From: a virus
Length of the DNA stretch: 64,000 bases
Direction: 5' to 3' (one strand)
IMG/VR virus record: IMGVR_UViG_3300044911_003339
Span: 1-64,000 of that record
A model generated the notes under the pieces. It was not told the DNA's origin. It ran no database searches and saw only the letters and a list, made by a program, of their open reading frames with translations. Position 1 is the stretch's first letter, and each line of letters starts with the position of its first letter. Made by a program: the position numbers and the translations under genes. Positions 54,401 to 63,016 of this stretch are shown one piece after another.

Positions 54401-57400
54401 CCGAGGGCGTCGAGCTTGCCATCTCGCCCCGTGACCTCCCGGCCTTCCGGGAGTACCTCGGCGGCTTCGTGATGGACGAGCGCGTCTCGTCCATGATGGA
54501 CGAGCAGGCTGCCATCATCCGAGAGCGCGCGCTCCAGGTGACCGGAGAGGACTGGCCTCCCGCAGACCAGATCGTCGATGCGGACGGCAACGTGAATCCC
54601 AACGGAGTGCTGCGCGGCATGGTGACGGGCGCGATGGGCATGCAGCCCGGCGCGCATCGCATCGAGGCGCTTCAGCGCGTCGCGATGAACAACGGTCGCC
54701 TCATCGCTGCGCACTTCATGGGCACGGGCAAGACCGCGTTCTCGATCGCAGCCGCGCAGATGATGCGGAACCTCGAATCCCGCGAGCAGCCCGGCAAGCC
54801 GCACCCGAATCAGGTGAAGAAGAAGGTGCTCGCGCTCGTGCCGCTCAACACCGCGAACAACTACGCCGACGAGGTGGAGGTGTTCACCGGAAGGCCCGCA
54901 ACGATCATCGGCTCGGGCTCGCTCGCGGGCAGCGTGCGGATGTTCCGCATGCCGAAGGACCAGGGCCAGAAGAAGAACGAGACGCGCGAGGCGTTCATCG
55001 CGCGCTCGCTCGCCGCATGGAAGGCGGCGGTCAAGACCGACCCGACGCTGTGGAACCCGTGGGCAGACGATTCCCAGATGTGCGTCTGCCCCTACGAGTA
55101 CTTCCGCGACAACGAGGAGTTGATGCGGGCCACGGAGATGTTCGACGGGCTCGTCGTGGACGAGGCGCACAACATCGCACGTGAGAACGAACTCTCACGT
55201 GCGGTCGAGCGCTGGAATCCGAACATGAACATGTTCCTCATGCTCACCGGCACGCCCGTGACGAACACGCTCGACGTGCTCCCGCGTATGGCGAGCCTCG
55301 TGAGCGCGGGCAAGGTGAACCTCGGCACGAAGCAGGAGTTCACGGAGCGCTACCTCGTCGGCTCGGCTGTCGCGAAGGGCGAGGGCGCGAAGAATCCTCC
55401 GAAGACGGACCTCAACCCGCAGCGTGCCGGCGAACTGGCGGCGATCATGCGTCCGCTCATGCACATCGCGACGACGCAGGACGTGAAGGGCAAGACGATG
55501 CCCGCGGTGCTGCTCGACGAGAACAAGCCCGCGCACATGATCGGTCAGCAGGCGCGCATGTACCGACTCTCGATGGCGAAGTTCACGCCCGAGGAGAAGG
55601 CGGCGATCATCGAGAGCGGTGCGGTCGGCACCGACGAGTCGTACGCGCTCGATGACGAGGGTCGCCGCAAGATCGGTGTCGCTCGCTCGATCGCGAACTG
55701 CCTCGCCTACAAGGCACCCGACCAGCGTGAGAATCTCACGTACGAGTCGAAGAGCACCGAGGAGAAGAAGGGCAAGGTCATCGAGAAGACCGTCACCCGC
55801 GTCTTCTCGCTGCCCACGCACGCGATGATGACGACGAAGCGCCCCGAGGGCTGGGGCGGGAAGTGGCCGACGTTCTCGGAGGTCGAGAAGGGAATCGTCG
55901 AGCCGGGCTACTACAACGTGCTCTCGGAGTACTACGAGCGCCTCTTCGGCGTGACGTACGACTCCGTGGAGGGCAAGCCCATCGCGAAGGAGATCCTGGA
56001 CGGCGTGAAGCGCGGCGACTACGTGACGCCGAGCGGCGCGCCGTGGGGTACGGTCGTGAATCCCGATTACGGCCCAGAGGGCATGATCTGTCGCGGCACG
56101 CTCGACCCGGTGACGGGCAAGATCGAGCCGCTGCGGAAGGAGATCGTCGAGAACGGGCAGAAGCGCGTCGTCGAGGTCAAGCCGGGCACGCGCTTCATCC
56201 GCGATCCGAACTCCAAGGCGGCGGGCCTCTTCTACCACGAGGATGACTGGAACTTCACCGGCCGCTTCATCGACTCGGGCGAGGGAGGCGGCGGCGAGGG
56301 TGGAGGCGAGGACGATCCGTCCGACCCGAAGCCCGCGTCTGCCGGCAAGCAGGCCCCGAAGGACCCCTCGCTCTCCATCCAGCGTTCGACGAAGCGCCGG
56401 AAGGAGCGAGAGATGTTCGACCTCGCGGTCACGGCGGGCAACGCGAAGAGCGACGAACTGGAGCAGTACATCCACAACGCGCTTCGCGACGACAACCTCG
56501 GGCCCGATCAGCAGTTCATCCTCTTCGGGAATCGCATCGGCTCTTCCTTCCGCACGATGGAGAGCAAGCTCCGCACGATGGGATTCCAGGACGTGAACGA
56601 AGCGCTCGGGCACCCCGAGTGGAGCACGGCCGAGGACAAGGCGATGATGCCTCGGAAGTTCTTCGTGACGTACGCGGGCAAGGGAGCAACGCTCGGCGAC
56701 CGCGACATCAACTCGGAAATCTTCCGACAGAAGCTCGACCAGTTCGGCCACAAGACCGGGCAGTCGATGTTCGTCTTCCGCACGCTCAACGGCGGCACGA
56801 AGAAGCCACCCAAGGTCGGCGAGATGCGCGAGGGCTGGAGCCGTGGCCAGCGGAAGCGCATCGCCGACGCTCTCGCGGAGCCCACGCGCAAGACGGCCGA
56901 GGGCAAGCCTGCGGGCCTGGAGGTGCCGATGCGCGTGACGAGCGTCGAGGTCGATGGTCGCATCGAGCAGCGGTACCTCTACGAGTCGGACATGAAGCCG
57001 AAGGATCGCGCAGAGTTCCTCCGGCTGGAGAAGGAGCGCCGCGGCGCGGACAAGGCGCGCAAGCAGGCGATCGACGGCGAGATGCGCGCGCTCGCCGACC
57101 GCTACTGGAGCGACCGGATTCCTCTGTCCGATCACTACCAGTACGTGCTGAACAACACGCAGATCATGGTGGCGACCGACGCCGCGAACGTCGGCCTCAA
57201 CTGGCCTGCTCCCAAGCTCGTCATGTACGACTCGCTCTTCTCGCCGATGGACGAGTGGCAGCGCATGACGCGTGCGGCCCGCATGCTCGACGCAGCGGTC
57301 ACCGGACCCGCGAAGAAGTACGTCGAGAAGATCGACGCGAAGCTCTCCGAGATGGAGAAGCAGACCGGGCTGAAGGAGTACGGACCAGAATCTTCCCTTC

Positions 57401-58122
57401 AGGCGGTGCAGGACGCGATCGAGTCGCTCCCCGAGGACGAGCGCGCCGAGCTTCTGAACCTGGAGGGAGGAGGCCCCGATCAGATCGTCGAGGCCATCTT
57501 CAGCCGTCGCGCCATGGACAAGATCGCGAAGCTCCGCCCCGAGGTCGGCGCGCATCTCCGGCAGGCCGGCGCTGCGCCTGATCCCGATCGCCCCGAGATC
57601 CGCATCCGTCCATCGGCCATCCAGGAATCCGACGTGACGAACGAGATCATCCGCAAGCACCTCACGCCCTTCGAGCAGCGCGTGCTCCGAGGACGCATGT
57701 ACCTCGTGGACGTGAAGCGGCTCACGACCTCGTGCGACGTGCCCGAGATGAAGTCGATTCGCATCGAAGACCCGATGACGGGCAAGAAGACCACGGTTCA
57801 GGTCCCGACCGGCAAGTGGTCGGTCGAGGCTCCGACGCAGGCCGAGCGAAGCCAACTCACGCAGGGCCGCATGAAGATGGTGCCCTACGAGAAGGCGATG
57901 AAGGCGTTCCAGAACGCGCAGCCGGTGAAGACCGACTACGACTTCCTCGTGACGCCTCGCGGGAGCGTGCGTAGCTTCTCGATCATGCCTGAGGAGATCG
58001 AGCGCGAGAAGGCGAGTCGCGCGAAGCGCGAGGTCGCGAAGCCGAAGCCCACGAAGACGAAGAAGTCGGAGAGCTACAGCCGATTCTTCATTCCAGCGCG
58101 AACCGCGCGCGGGGAGGCGTGA
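51487..58122 (+). CDS. 2211-aa polyvalent protein: HEXXH metallopeptidase plus SNF2/DarB-like helicase
   Basis: WHELGH...TAYA...EDFAESF; AHFMGTGKT, LVVDEAH, LTGTP, ATDAANVGLN, QRMTRAAR. Confidence 0.88.
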   Translation: MSRFVIPALRAALPDALAKSFQRGPLAQHKYLKREPYFVGGKLRWRYWYASDELRKQGMVEHDPAGEHEHHLLANIADIYEHFKSVIRSTAATPTTAIEGIFQAAVDDPKAQRVPQVAMSPAFQAQHVQPFIDAEAKGAPPEASPIVRVHDALEMVPDYLLKLVMGGTKNTKHPGYKGLGPYPGLSALVMNRQEDEGADYANTAGWAHPKTGELHLLGGGSGKHGSDSSYSFLDGGDPATAPTPTDFNDAKVHLEKVVWHELGHHVHFTLETEQPDVMDSWRDLSTGPGPKPTAYAHTAWWEDFAESFSGCFALPKVMAMRCPERYDWMRQHVLKSLPERSALLKMSDEELAWWNKKKTTPPGKLLMHLKSNAPARRFGAYYSDKDQFFTVGKGGRTVYLRFGPSEPDQEDGWTQVPSTIDPETGLPVYDAAYGPRFKVQGNLKEMYDERGNPLDDFQAFLYLGQDDPEVQKFVADTMEKYVATLPPNSPQPTEYDAVQWLAAKGGDEAKALETRLLSYKMYTSLGYKRESEKISAKEAHTTEKERKRVEKERAKGGTGYLDRHDWVPVEIPRSEFVQKSGTFKFDNVRPAEYQPWQAREWDPVTKTSRVKTVYDPAAGKVVPVRTATVYEQENPDGTTFRVTVAEGEPFSIGQTILAPVSVKLPDGRISQDWQPYKLSVEDGEMTVTNLAKKFRVDPEALLRQNHRYMRGQITDPMLAALLNPSGEVIRDQFDLMRLMKLAAEQPTPPTAWVSVRGKTGSIAHFKVSFDGSGPPRVEGRQWAAKLGKDPTEPIRLDQILGKDDELIGVETVRERKAKEVKIKPGGLVWVTVKNHLGDAKRVMARYIEKKSFEEKGKKKNAHVVQVLPGQGTGLPKDRVIVTRVNKSDESQIPGKPEIRRRFVEPMQKDVLLYADEVRVGSGDRDTSGVIKILPPKNGSVTKAQLAAIPGVRIIGLEKARNKKGGAVTEELPEGVELAISPRDLPAFREYLGGFVMDERVSSMMDEQAAIIRERALQVTGEDWPPADQIVDADGNVNPNGVLRGMVTGAMGMQPGAHRIEALQRVAMNNGRLIAAHFMGTGKTAFSIAAAQMMRNLESREQPGKPHPNQVKKKVLALVPLNTANNYADEVEVFTGRPATIIGSGSLAGSVRMFRMPKDQGQKKNETREAFIARSLAAWKAAVKTDPTLWNPWADDSQMCVCPYEYFRDNEELMRATEMFDGLVVDEAHNIARENELSRAVERWNPNMNMFLMLTGTPVTNTLDVLPRMASLVSAGKVNLGTKQEFTERYLVGSAVAKGEGAKNPPKTDLNPQRAGELAAIMRPLMHIATTQDVKGKTMPAVLLDENKPAHMIGQQARMYRLSMAKFTPEEKAAIIESGAVGTDESYALDDEGRRKIGVARSIANCLAYKAPDQRENLTYESKSTEEKKGKVIEKTVTRVFSLPTHAMMTTKRPEGWGGKWPTFSEVEKGIVEPGYYNVLSEYYERLFGVTYDSVEGKPIAKEILDGVKRGDYVTPSGAPWGTVVNPDYGPEGMICRGTLDPVTGKIEPLRKEIVENGQKRVVEVKPGTRFIRDPNSKAAGLFYHEDDWNFTGRFIDSGEGGGGEGGGEDDPSDPKPASAGKQAPKDPSLSIQRSTKRRKEREMFDLAVTAGNAKSDELEQYIHNALRDDNLGPDQQFILFGNRIGSSFRTMESKLRTMGFQDVNEALGHPEWSTAEDKAMMPRKFFVTYAGKGATLGDRDINSEIFRQKLDQFGHKTGQSMFVFRTLNGGTKKPPKVGEMREGWSRGQRKRIADALAEPTRKTAEGKPAGLEVPMRVTSVEVDGRIEQRYLYESDMKPKDRAEFLRLEKERRGADKARKQAIDGEMRALADRYWSDRIPLSDHYQYVLNNTQIMVATDAANVGLNWPAPKLVMYDSLFSPMDEWQRMTRAARMLDAAVTGPAKKYVEKIDAKLSEMEKQTGLKEYGPESSLQAVQDAIESLPEDERAELLNLEGGGPDQIVEAIFSRRAMDKIAKLRPEVGAHLRQAGAAPDPDRPEIRIRPSAIQESDVTNEIIRKHLTPFEQRVLRGRMYLVDVKRLTTSCDVPEMKSIRIEDPMTGKKTTVQVPTGKWSVEAPTQAERSQLTQGRMKMVPYEKAMKAFQNAQPVKTDYDFLVTPRGSVRSFSIMPEEIEREKASRAKREVAKPKPTKTKKSESYSRFFIPARTARGEA

Positions 58123-58123
58123 G

Positions 58124-58429
58124 ATGCCGTTGCTCGGGAAGCAGATCGACCCCATCTCGATGTTCCAGGGAGGCCCCTTCGGCGGGGCCCCTCAGGGCGC
58201 GATCGACCTGGAGGCGTTCGAGAAGATCACCAGCGCGGACCTCGCCTTCAAGCGGCTGAACTGGCTCCGCAACTACGACGTGGTGCTGCGCGGCTTTCAC
58301 GCGCCGTCCGACATGCAGCGCATGTGGCGCGCGGTCTTCCGCTCCTCACTCGCCTACGGCTCGCCCATCCCAACCGACATGATTCCGTACGCACGCGCGC
58401 TCGGCGTCGTGATCCCGTCGAGTTCGTGA
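58124..58429 (+). CDS. hypothetical protein
   Basis: GGAGG SD. Confidence 0.65.
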   Translation: MPLLGKQIDPISMFQGGPFGGAPQGAIDLEAFEKITSADLAFKRLNWLRNYDVVLRGFHAPSDMQRMWRAVFRSSLAYGSPIPTDMIPYARALGVVIPSSS

Positions 58430-58656
58430 TGCTGTGTCCTCACTGCGGATCGGCTGTCTTCAAGTCGAGCGGCGACGCCCGGCTGAAGGCGCGCGTCACG
58501 GTGCTCGTGCTCCGCAAGGGCACGGGAGGCGAGGTGCAGGTCGAGACGAACTGCGATTCGTGCAAGGGAGCAATCCTTCTTCCTCTCGTGCTCGCAGCCG
58601 GTCCGTTCGAGATTCGAAAGTCGGACCAGCCGCGACTCGTCGTGAGGCGGACTTGA
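58429..58656 (+). CDS. zinc-ribbon protein
   Basis: CPHC...CDSC; C-terminal IRKS..PRLVV. Confidence 0.65.
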   Translation: MLCPHCGSAVFKSSGDARLKARVTVLVLRKGTGGEVQVETNCDSCKGAILLPLVLAAGPFEIRKSDQPRLVVRRT

Positions 58657-58716
58657 CGCTGCTGCCGGATTCGTGACACACCATGGACCGTGGCCTGCTC
58701 CCGTGTGGAGCACGAG

Positions 58717-58752
58717 AGGCGACCGAAGGAGAAATCCATCGGTCGCCTTTTT
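58717..58752 (+). terminator. terminator-like hairpin upstream of protease gene
   Basis: AGGCGACCGA-A-GGA-GAAA-TCC-A-TCGGTCGCCT followed by TTTT. Confidence 0.7.
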
Positions 58753-58782
58753 CGTTCTCGGGTCGCAGATCGCGCGGACGCG

Positions 58783-59538
58783 ATGAAGACCTCTCCCCAG
58801 CGCAAGTTCAGCTTCGACTTCGATGTCGAGGTGTTCGAGAAGGCGAGCCCCGAAGGAACGGAGCGCCGCATCGGCGGAATCGTGTCCACCGATCACCTCG
58901 ATCGTCAGAGCGAGGTGCTGCTTCAGGAGGGCCTGGACTTCTCGCCCTTCCTGAAGGGCGGGTGGTTCAACGACAACCACGAGTCCACGACGGACAGCGT
59001 GATCGGCTACCCGACGGCGGCCGAGCTTCGTCACCTGCCGGACGGCAGGAAGGGCTGGTACGTCGAGGGCTACCTCCTGAAGACCGACCGCGCGAATCGG
59101 ATCTGGGACCTCGCGACCGAGCTTCAGCGCTCGGGCTCGGGGCGCAAGCTCGGATTCTCGGTCGAGGGCTCGATCGCCGAGCGCGACCCGGACGACCCGA
59201 AGAAGGTCCGCAAGGCCGTCGTGCGCGAGGTCGCGATCACGAAGTGCCCGGTCAACACGAACACCGCGCTGCACGTGCTGGCGAAGTCGCTGGCCGTTGG
59301 TGCGGGTGGGCCGCCCTCAGGGCCGACGGGTGACGCGAGCGTGCTCGCGCCCGAGGCTCTGGAGGGCGTGAGTCCCGCGCGCCCGAGTCCGAAGGACCCG
59401 AAGAAGCGCCGCAAGGTCAAGCAGCGGATGAACAAGTCCGAGGCTGTGGATTTCTTGCTGTCGGTTCGGCCTGGGATGTCTCGGGCGCTCGCAGAGCGCG
59501 TGGTCGAGTACGCGATTCGGTGGCACCCGGCCGCCTGA
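58783..59538 (+). CDS. prohead protease (HK97/herpes-like fold)
   Basis: IGGIVST...DRQSE...GLDF...GWFNDNH...IGYP...LGFSVEG...VAITKCPVN. Confidence 0.92.
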   Translation: MKTSPQRKFSFDFDVEVFEKASPEGTERRIGGIVSTDHLDRQSEVLLQEGLDFSPFLKGGWFNDNHESTTDSVIGYPTAAELRHLPDGRKGWYVEGYLLKTDRANRIWDLATELQRSGSGRKLGFSVEGSIAERDPDDPKKVRKAVVREVAITKCPVNTNTALHVLAKSLAVGAGGPPSGPTGDASVLAPEALEGVSPARPSPKDPKKRRKVKQRMNKSEAVDFLLSVRPGMSRALAERVVEYAIRWHPAA

Positions 59539-59553
59539 AGAGGAGAAGAGGAC

Positions 59554-60588
59554 ATGAGCGGAAGCAACGTCGAAGTGGACGTGAGCGGTCTGGAGGCCAG
59601 CCTGAACGATCTCGTGAAGGCAGCCGACGCGACCGATCTCGTCAAGGGCAAGGGCGCAGGCGGTTCGGTGAACCGGGACTACTCGGGTCACATGGACGAG
59701 CGCGGCAAGGTCGGCGGAGGTGCCGCGGGCAGCGGCGACATCGGCGGCATCGACGACATGATGATCGGCAAGATGGGCGAGACCGCGATGTCGGCCCTCG
59801 CGTCGGCGGGCTTCAGCGCGCCGCAGATCGCCGCCTTCATGTCGGGCAAGGCCGCGGACGAGGACGAGGACGAGAGCGACGACGAGGACGAGAGCGACGA
59901 CGAGGACATGAGCGGTCAGGCCGACGGCTCGTTCGTCTCGCACAACCGCCCCGAGCCGACCGGCAAGATGGCTCCTCCGATGCCGCCCTTCCGCGGCAAG
60001 GCGAAGAAGAGCGGCGCGGGCGAGGGCGAGCCCCTCAACAAGTCGCTCGACATGCTCCGGCAGGACCCGGACATCGGCGACGCGATCGACGTGTCGGCGT
60101 ACCTGGAGGCCATGACCGCGCGTGTCGCCGAGCAGATCGACGGGCTCGCGAAGGGCGTCCACGGCGCGCGCACGGAGCAGGCGCAGGTCAACCGCGCGAT
60201 GGCCGCGGCACTCTGGCAGACCGGCAAGCTGGTGAAGAGCCAGCAGGCGATCATCCAGGCGCTCGGCGAGCGTCTCGGAATCGTCGAGGCGACGCCGGTC
60301 CCGCCGAAGGGCGTCCAGGACCCGCGTCGGGCTGCCGCGCTCGCGAAGGGATTCGCGGGCGAGGCGGGCGGGCCGGGCTCGCGTCAGATGAAGAAGAGCG
60401 AGATCCTCGGAGCGCTCTCCTACATGACGCTGGAGAAGGGCATCCGCGAGATCAACGGCCAGAAGACCTCCGAGGTCATCTCGCTGTTCGAGGGCGGCAA
60501 CGTGATCGCCCCCGAGACCATCCAGGCGGTCGAGAGCTTCCTCCGCCAGAACCCGAGCGACGCCGCGAAGGCGCTCTCGTACCGCTGA
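59554..60588 (+). CDS. capsid scaffold-like protein
   Basis: Between protease and capsid; acidic DE tract; multiple LVKA/LVKG/LNKS/LAKG/LVKS sites. Confidence 0.7.
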   Translation: MSGSNVEVDVSGLEASLNDLVKAADATDLVKGKGAGGSVNRDYSGHMDERGKVGGGAAGSGDIGGIDDMMIGKMGETAMSALASAGFSAPQIAAFMSGKAADEDEDESDDEDESDDEDMSGQADGSFVSHNRPEPTGKMAPPMPPFRGKAKKSGAGEGEPLNKSLDMLRQDPDIGDAIDVSAYLEAMTARVAEQIDGLAKGVHGARTEQAQVNRAMAAALWQTGKLVKSQQAIIQALGERLGIVEATPVPPKGVQDPRRAAALAKGFAGEAGGPGSRQMKKSEILGALSYMTLEKGIREINGQKTSEVISLFEGGNVIAPETIQAVESFLRQNPSDAAKALSYR

Positions 60589-60658
60589 ACAACGTCTGGG
60601 CTCGCTCGGAAGTGATTCCGAGTGAATCCACCGAACCGAAGAGAGAAAGACCAGGATC

Positions 60659-62083
60659 ATGAACACCACCCCGTTCGTCAGCGCACGCGACTACGGCGGC
60701 TTCGGGTCGAGCAGCCCCGACGAGATCGCCGCACTCAGGAAGGCCCTCTACGCGGGCCAGGACGTGAACGCCCCCGCGGTCGTTCCCGGCGAGGGCTTCC
60801 CGCTCCGCACCGAATCTCTGGAGGCGAGCTTGAAGGTGCTCACCTACGAGATGGACGAGATCAAGCTGTTCAAGACGATCAGCAAGATTCCCGCGACGAA
60901 CACCGTCGAGGAGTTCAACCGTCTCCTGAGCTACGGCCGCGGCGGCAGCCGACGCTTCAACCTCGGCTGGATGACCGAGGGCGATCTTCCCGAGGAGGAG
61001 GACTCGACCTACGAGCGCATCACGATGCAGATCAAGTTCCTCGGCGTGGTCGGCCGCGTGACCCACGTCGCGAACACGATCCGCGCCGCGCACGGCAACG
61101 TGATCGCGATGGAGACGCAGAACAAGACGATGGAACTGCTGAAGCAGTTGGAGAACGCGCTGTTCTTCGGCGATTCCTCGCTCATCCCCGAGCAGATCGA
61201 CGGCCTCGAACGCCTCATCACCGCGGGTGCTCCGAACAACGTCATCGACCTCCGCGGTGGACCGATCACCGAGGAGATCATGAACGACTCGCTGCTCCAG
61301 ATCCGCGACAACTTCGGCATGGCGACCGACTGCTACCTCGGCACGGGCCCGTTCGCGGACCTCGCGAAGCAGGTCTACGACCGTCAGCGCTTCGGCGTCG
61401 CTCCGGCTCCGGGCGTGCTCGGCGCGCAGGTGACGGCGTTCCAGGGCCAGCACGGCAAGGTGTCGATGCACGACCACGTGTTCATCACGGAGGGTCAGAC
61501 GGCGCTCGCTGCGGGCCTCGGCTCGACCACGAAGCGCGCGGCGGCTCCGACCATCACCGTCGCTCCCGCGGCCGGTGCGGCGGCGGGCTCGCTCTTCACC
61601 GCGGCCGACGCGGGCACCTACATCTACCGCGTGGTGGCGGGCAATCGCTTCGGCCTCAGCGTCCCCGTGAACTCGGCGGGCGTGGCGGTCGTCGCGGGCG
61701 ACGGCGTGACCTTCACGGTCGCGGACGGCGGCCCCCCGAGCGCGACCTTCTACGAAATCTACCGCACGACCCCCGGAGGCTCGGCGGCAGATGCTCGTCT
61801 CATGACGCGCGTCGCGCGCACGGGTGCCACGCAGGTCATCACCGACCTCAACGCGGACATCCCCGGCACGTCGAAGGGCTTCATGCTCATGCAGAACGCG
61901 CGCTCGTTCTCGTGGGCGCAGCTTCTCCCGATGACGCGCATCCCGCTCGCCGCGATCGACACGTCGATCCGCTGGGCGCAGGTGCTCTACGGCGGCGTGA
62001 AGATGTACACGCCCGCGAAGAACATCGTGTTCAAGAACATCGGTCGCCTGCCCGGCTCGCTCCCGTCGTCGGTCGTCCCCTGA
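60659..62083 (+). CDS. major capsid protein (SPO1/Twort-like) with FN3-like insertion
   Basis: LRKALYAG, LRTESLE..LK, IPATNTVEEF, EGDLP...STYER...KFLG, LENALFFGDS, NVIDLRG, QLLPMTRIPLA. Confidence 0.93.
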   Translation: MNTTPFVSARDYGGFGSSSPDEIAALRKALYAGQDVNAPAVVPGEGFPLRTESLEASLKVLTYEMDEIKLFKTISKIPATNTVEEFNRLLSYGRGGSRRFNLGWMTEGDLPEEEDSTYERITMQIKFLGVVGRVTHVANTIRAAHGNVIAMETQNKTMELLKQLENALFFGDSSLIPEQIDGLERLITAGAPNNVIDLRGGPITEEIMNDSLLQIRDNFGMATDCYLGTGPFADLAKQVYDRQRFGVAPAPGVLGAQVTAFQGQHGKVSMHDHVFITEGQTALAAGLGSTTKRAAAPTITVAPAAGAAAGSLFTAADAGTYIYRVVAGNRFGLSVPVNSAGVAVVAGDGVTFTVADGGPPSATFYEIYRTTPGGSAADARLMTRVARTGATQVITDLNADIPGTSKGFMLMQNARSFSWAQLLPMTRIPLAAIDTSIRWAQVLYGGVKMYTPAKNIVFKNIGRLPGSLPSSVVP

Positions 62084-62110
62084 CGTGAGCGCCGTGAGCG
62101 TGTAGGCTCG

Positions 62111-62149
62111 GAAGGCGAGCGGGCTACGGCTCGCTCGCCTTTCACGTTT
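62111..62149 (+). terminator. terminator after capsid gene
   Basis: AAGGCGAGCGGGC-TACG-GCTCGCTCGCCTT followed by TCACGTTT. Confidence 0.75.
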
Positions 62150-62165
62150 GTAGGAGGATTTCCCC

Positions 62166-62621
62166 ATGGCCCGAATCCAGAACAAGAATCTCCCGTGGAC
62201 CCAGCTTCGCCTGCGGAGCGGCAAGGTCGTCCAGACCGACGGCGACGGCGTGCTCTCGGACATCTCCGACGAGGACGCGAAGATGCTCGGCGCGACCCCC
62301 GGCTGGCGCGTGGCAGGCGCGATCGGCGAGGTCCGGTCCGACGGCATCGCCACGGTCTCCAGGCGGGCTCCCGTGCCCCCGAAGGTCGAGGAGGAGCCTC
62401 CCGCCGCCAAGGTCGAGCCGAAGGCTCCCGAGAGCCCGGAGCAGGCCGCGAGCGAGACCGAGGAGAGCGAGGAGGCCGAAGGGCCGGACATCGACGGGCT
62501 CCGGTCGAAGGCCGAGGCTCTGCGCATCGCCGAGGAGTACGGCGTGGAGGGGCTGACCGAGGACATGAAGCTCGCCGACATGAAGGCGAAGCTGAACGCG
62601 GCCCTCTACCCCGAGGGCTGA
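62166..62621 (+). CDS. post-capsid hypothetical protein with helix-extended-helix-like C-terminus
   Basis: AGGAGG SD; SKAEALRIAEEYGVEG...KLADM. Confidence 0.6.
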   Translation: MARIQNKNLPWTQLRLRSGKVVQTDGDGVLSDISDEDAKMLGATPGWRVAGAIGEVRSDGIATVSRRAPVPPKVEEEPPAAKVEPKAPESPEQAASETEESEEAEGPDIDGLRSKAEALRIAEEYGVEGLTEDMKLADMKAKLNAALYPEG

Positions 62622-62662
62622 ACTCGCCGCAGAACTGATCTGCGCGGAAACGGAGGATTCTC

Positions 62663-63016
62663 ATGGCGGCTCGTGGCGACGATCTCCTCGACTTCTACAG
62701 GCGGGATCCCGACAAGGCGATCGTGCTCGCGCTGACGAACGTCTCCGCGCAGATCCCCGCGCCCCTGCCTCCCGGCAGGTACTTGCTCATCCTGCGGGCA
62801 GTCGCAGGCGTGTGGGCCTGGTTCCGGGCGGAGCCCTACGAGGACGGAAGCACCGTGACCGTGGTGGCCGCGCAGGGAATCCCACTTTCCATCGACGGTC
62901 TTCAGACCATCGAGATCAACGTGAGGAAGGGTCACAACGACCGCATCGCCGCCATCACCGAGGCCGGTGTCGGCACGCTCTACATCGTGCCTCTCGCGCG
63001 GCCCGCGCGCCGCTGA
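62663..63016 (+). CDS. putative structural protein
   Basis: GGAGG SD; beta-rich. Confidence 0.55.
   Translation: MAARGDDLLDFYRRDPDKAIVLALTNVSAQIPAPLPPGRYLLILRAVAGVWAWFRAEPYEDGSTVTVVAAQGIPLSIDGLQTIEINVRKGHNDRIAAITEAGVGTLYIVPLARPARR

Noticed and set aside
51436-58155. Very long minus-strand ORFs (1244 aa, 986 aa; also 40850-43600, 23792-25606 and others)
   Set aside because: Antisense shadows of high-GC3 plus-strand genes; no motifs, and sequences are dominated by L/R/V/D/E/H mirror patterns.
59860-59907. GACGAG tandem repeats
   Set aside because: Encode the acidic tract of the scaffold.
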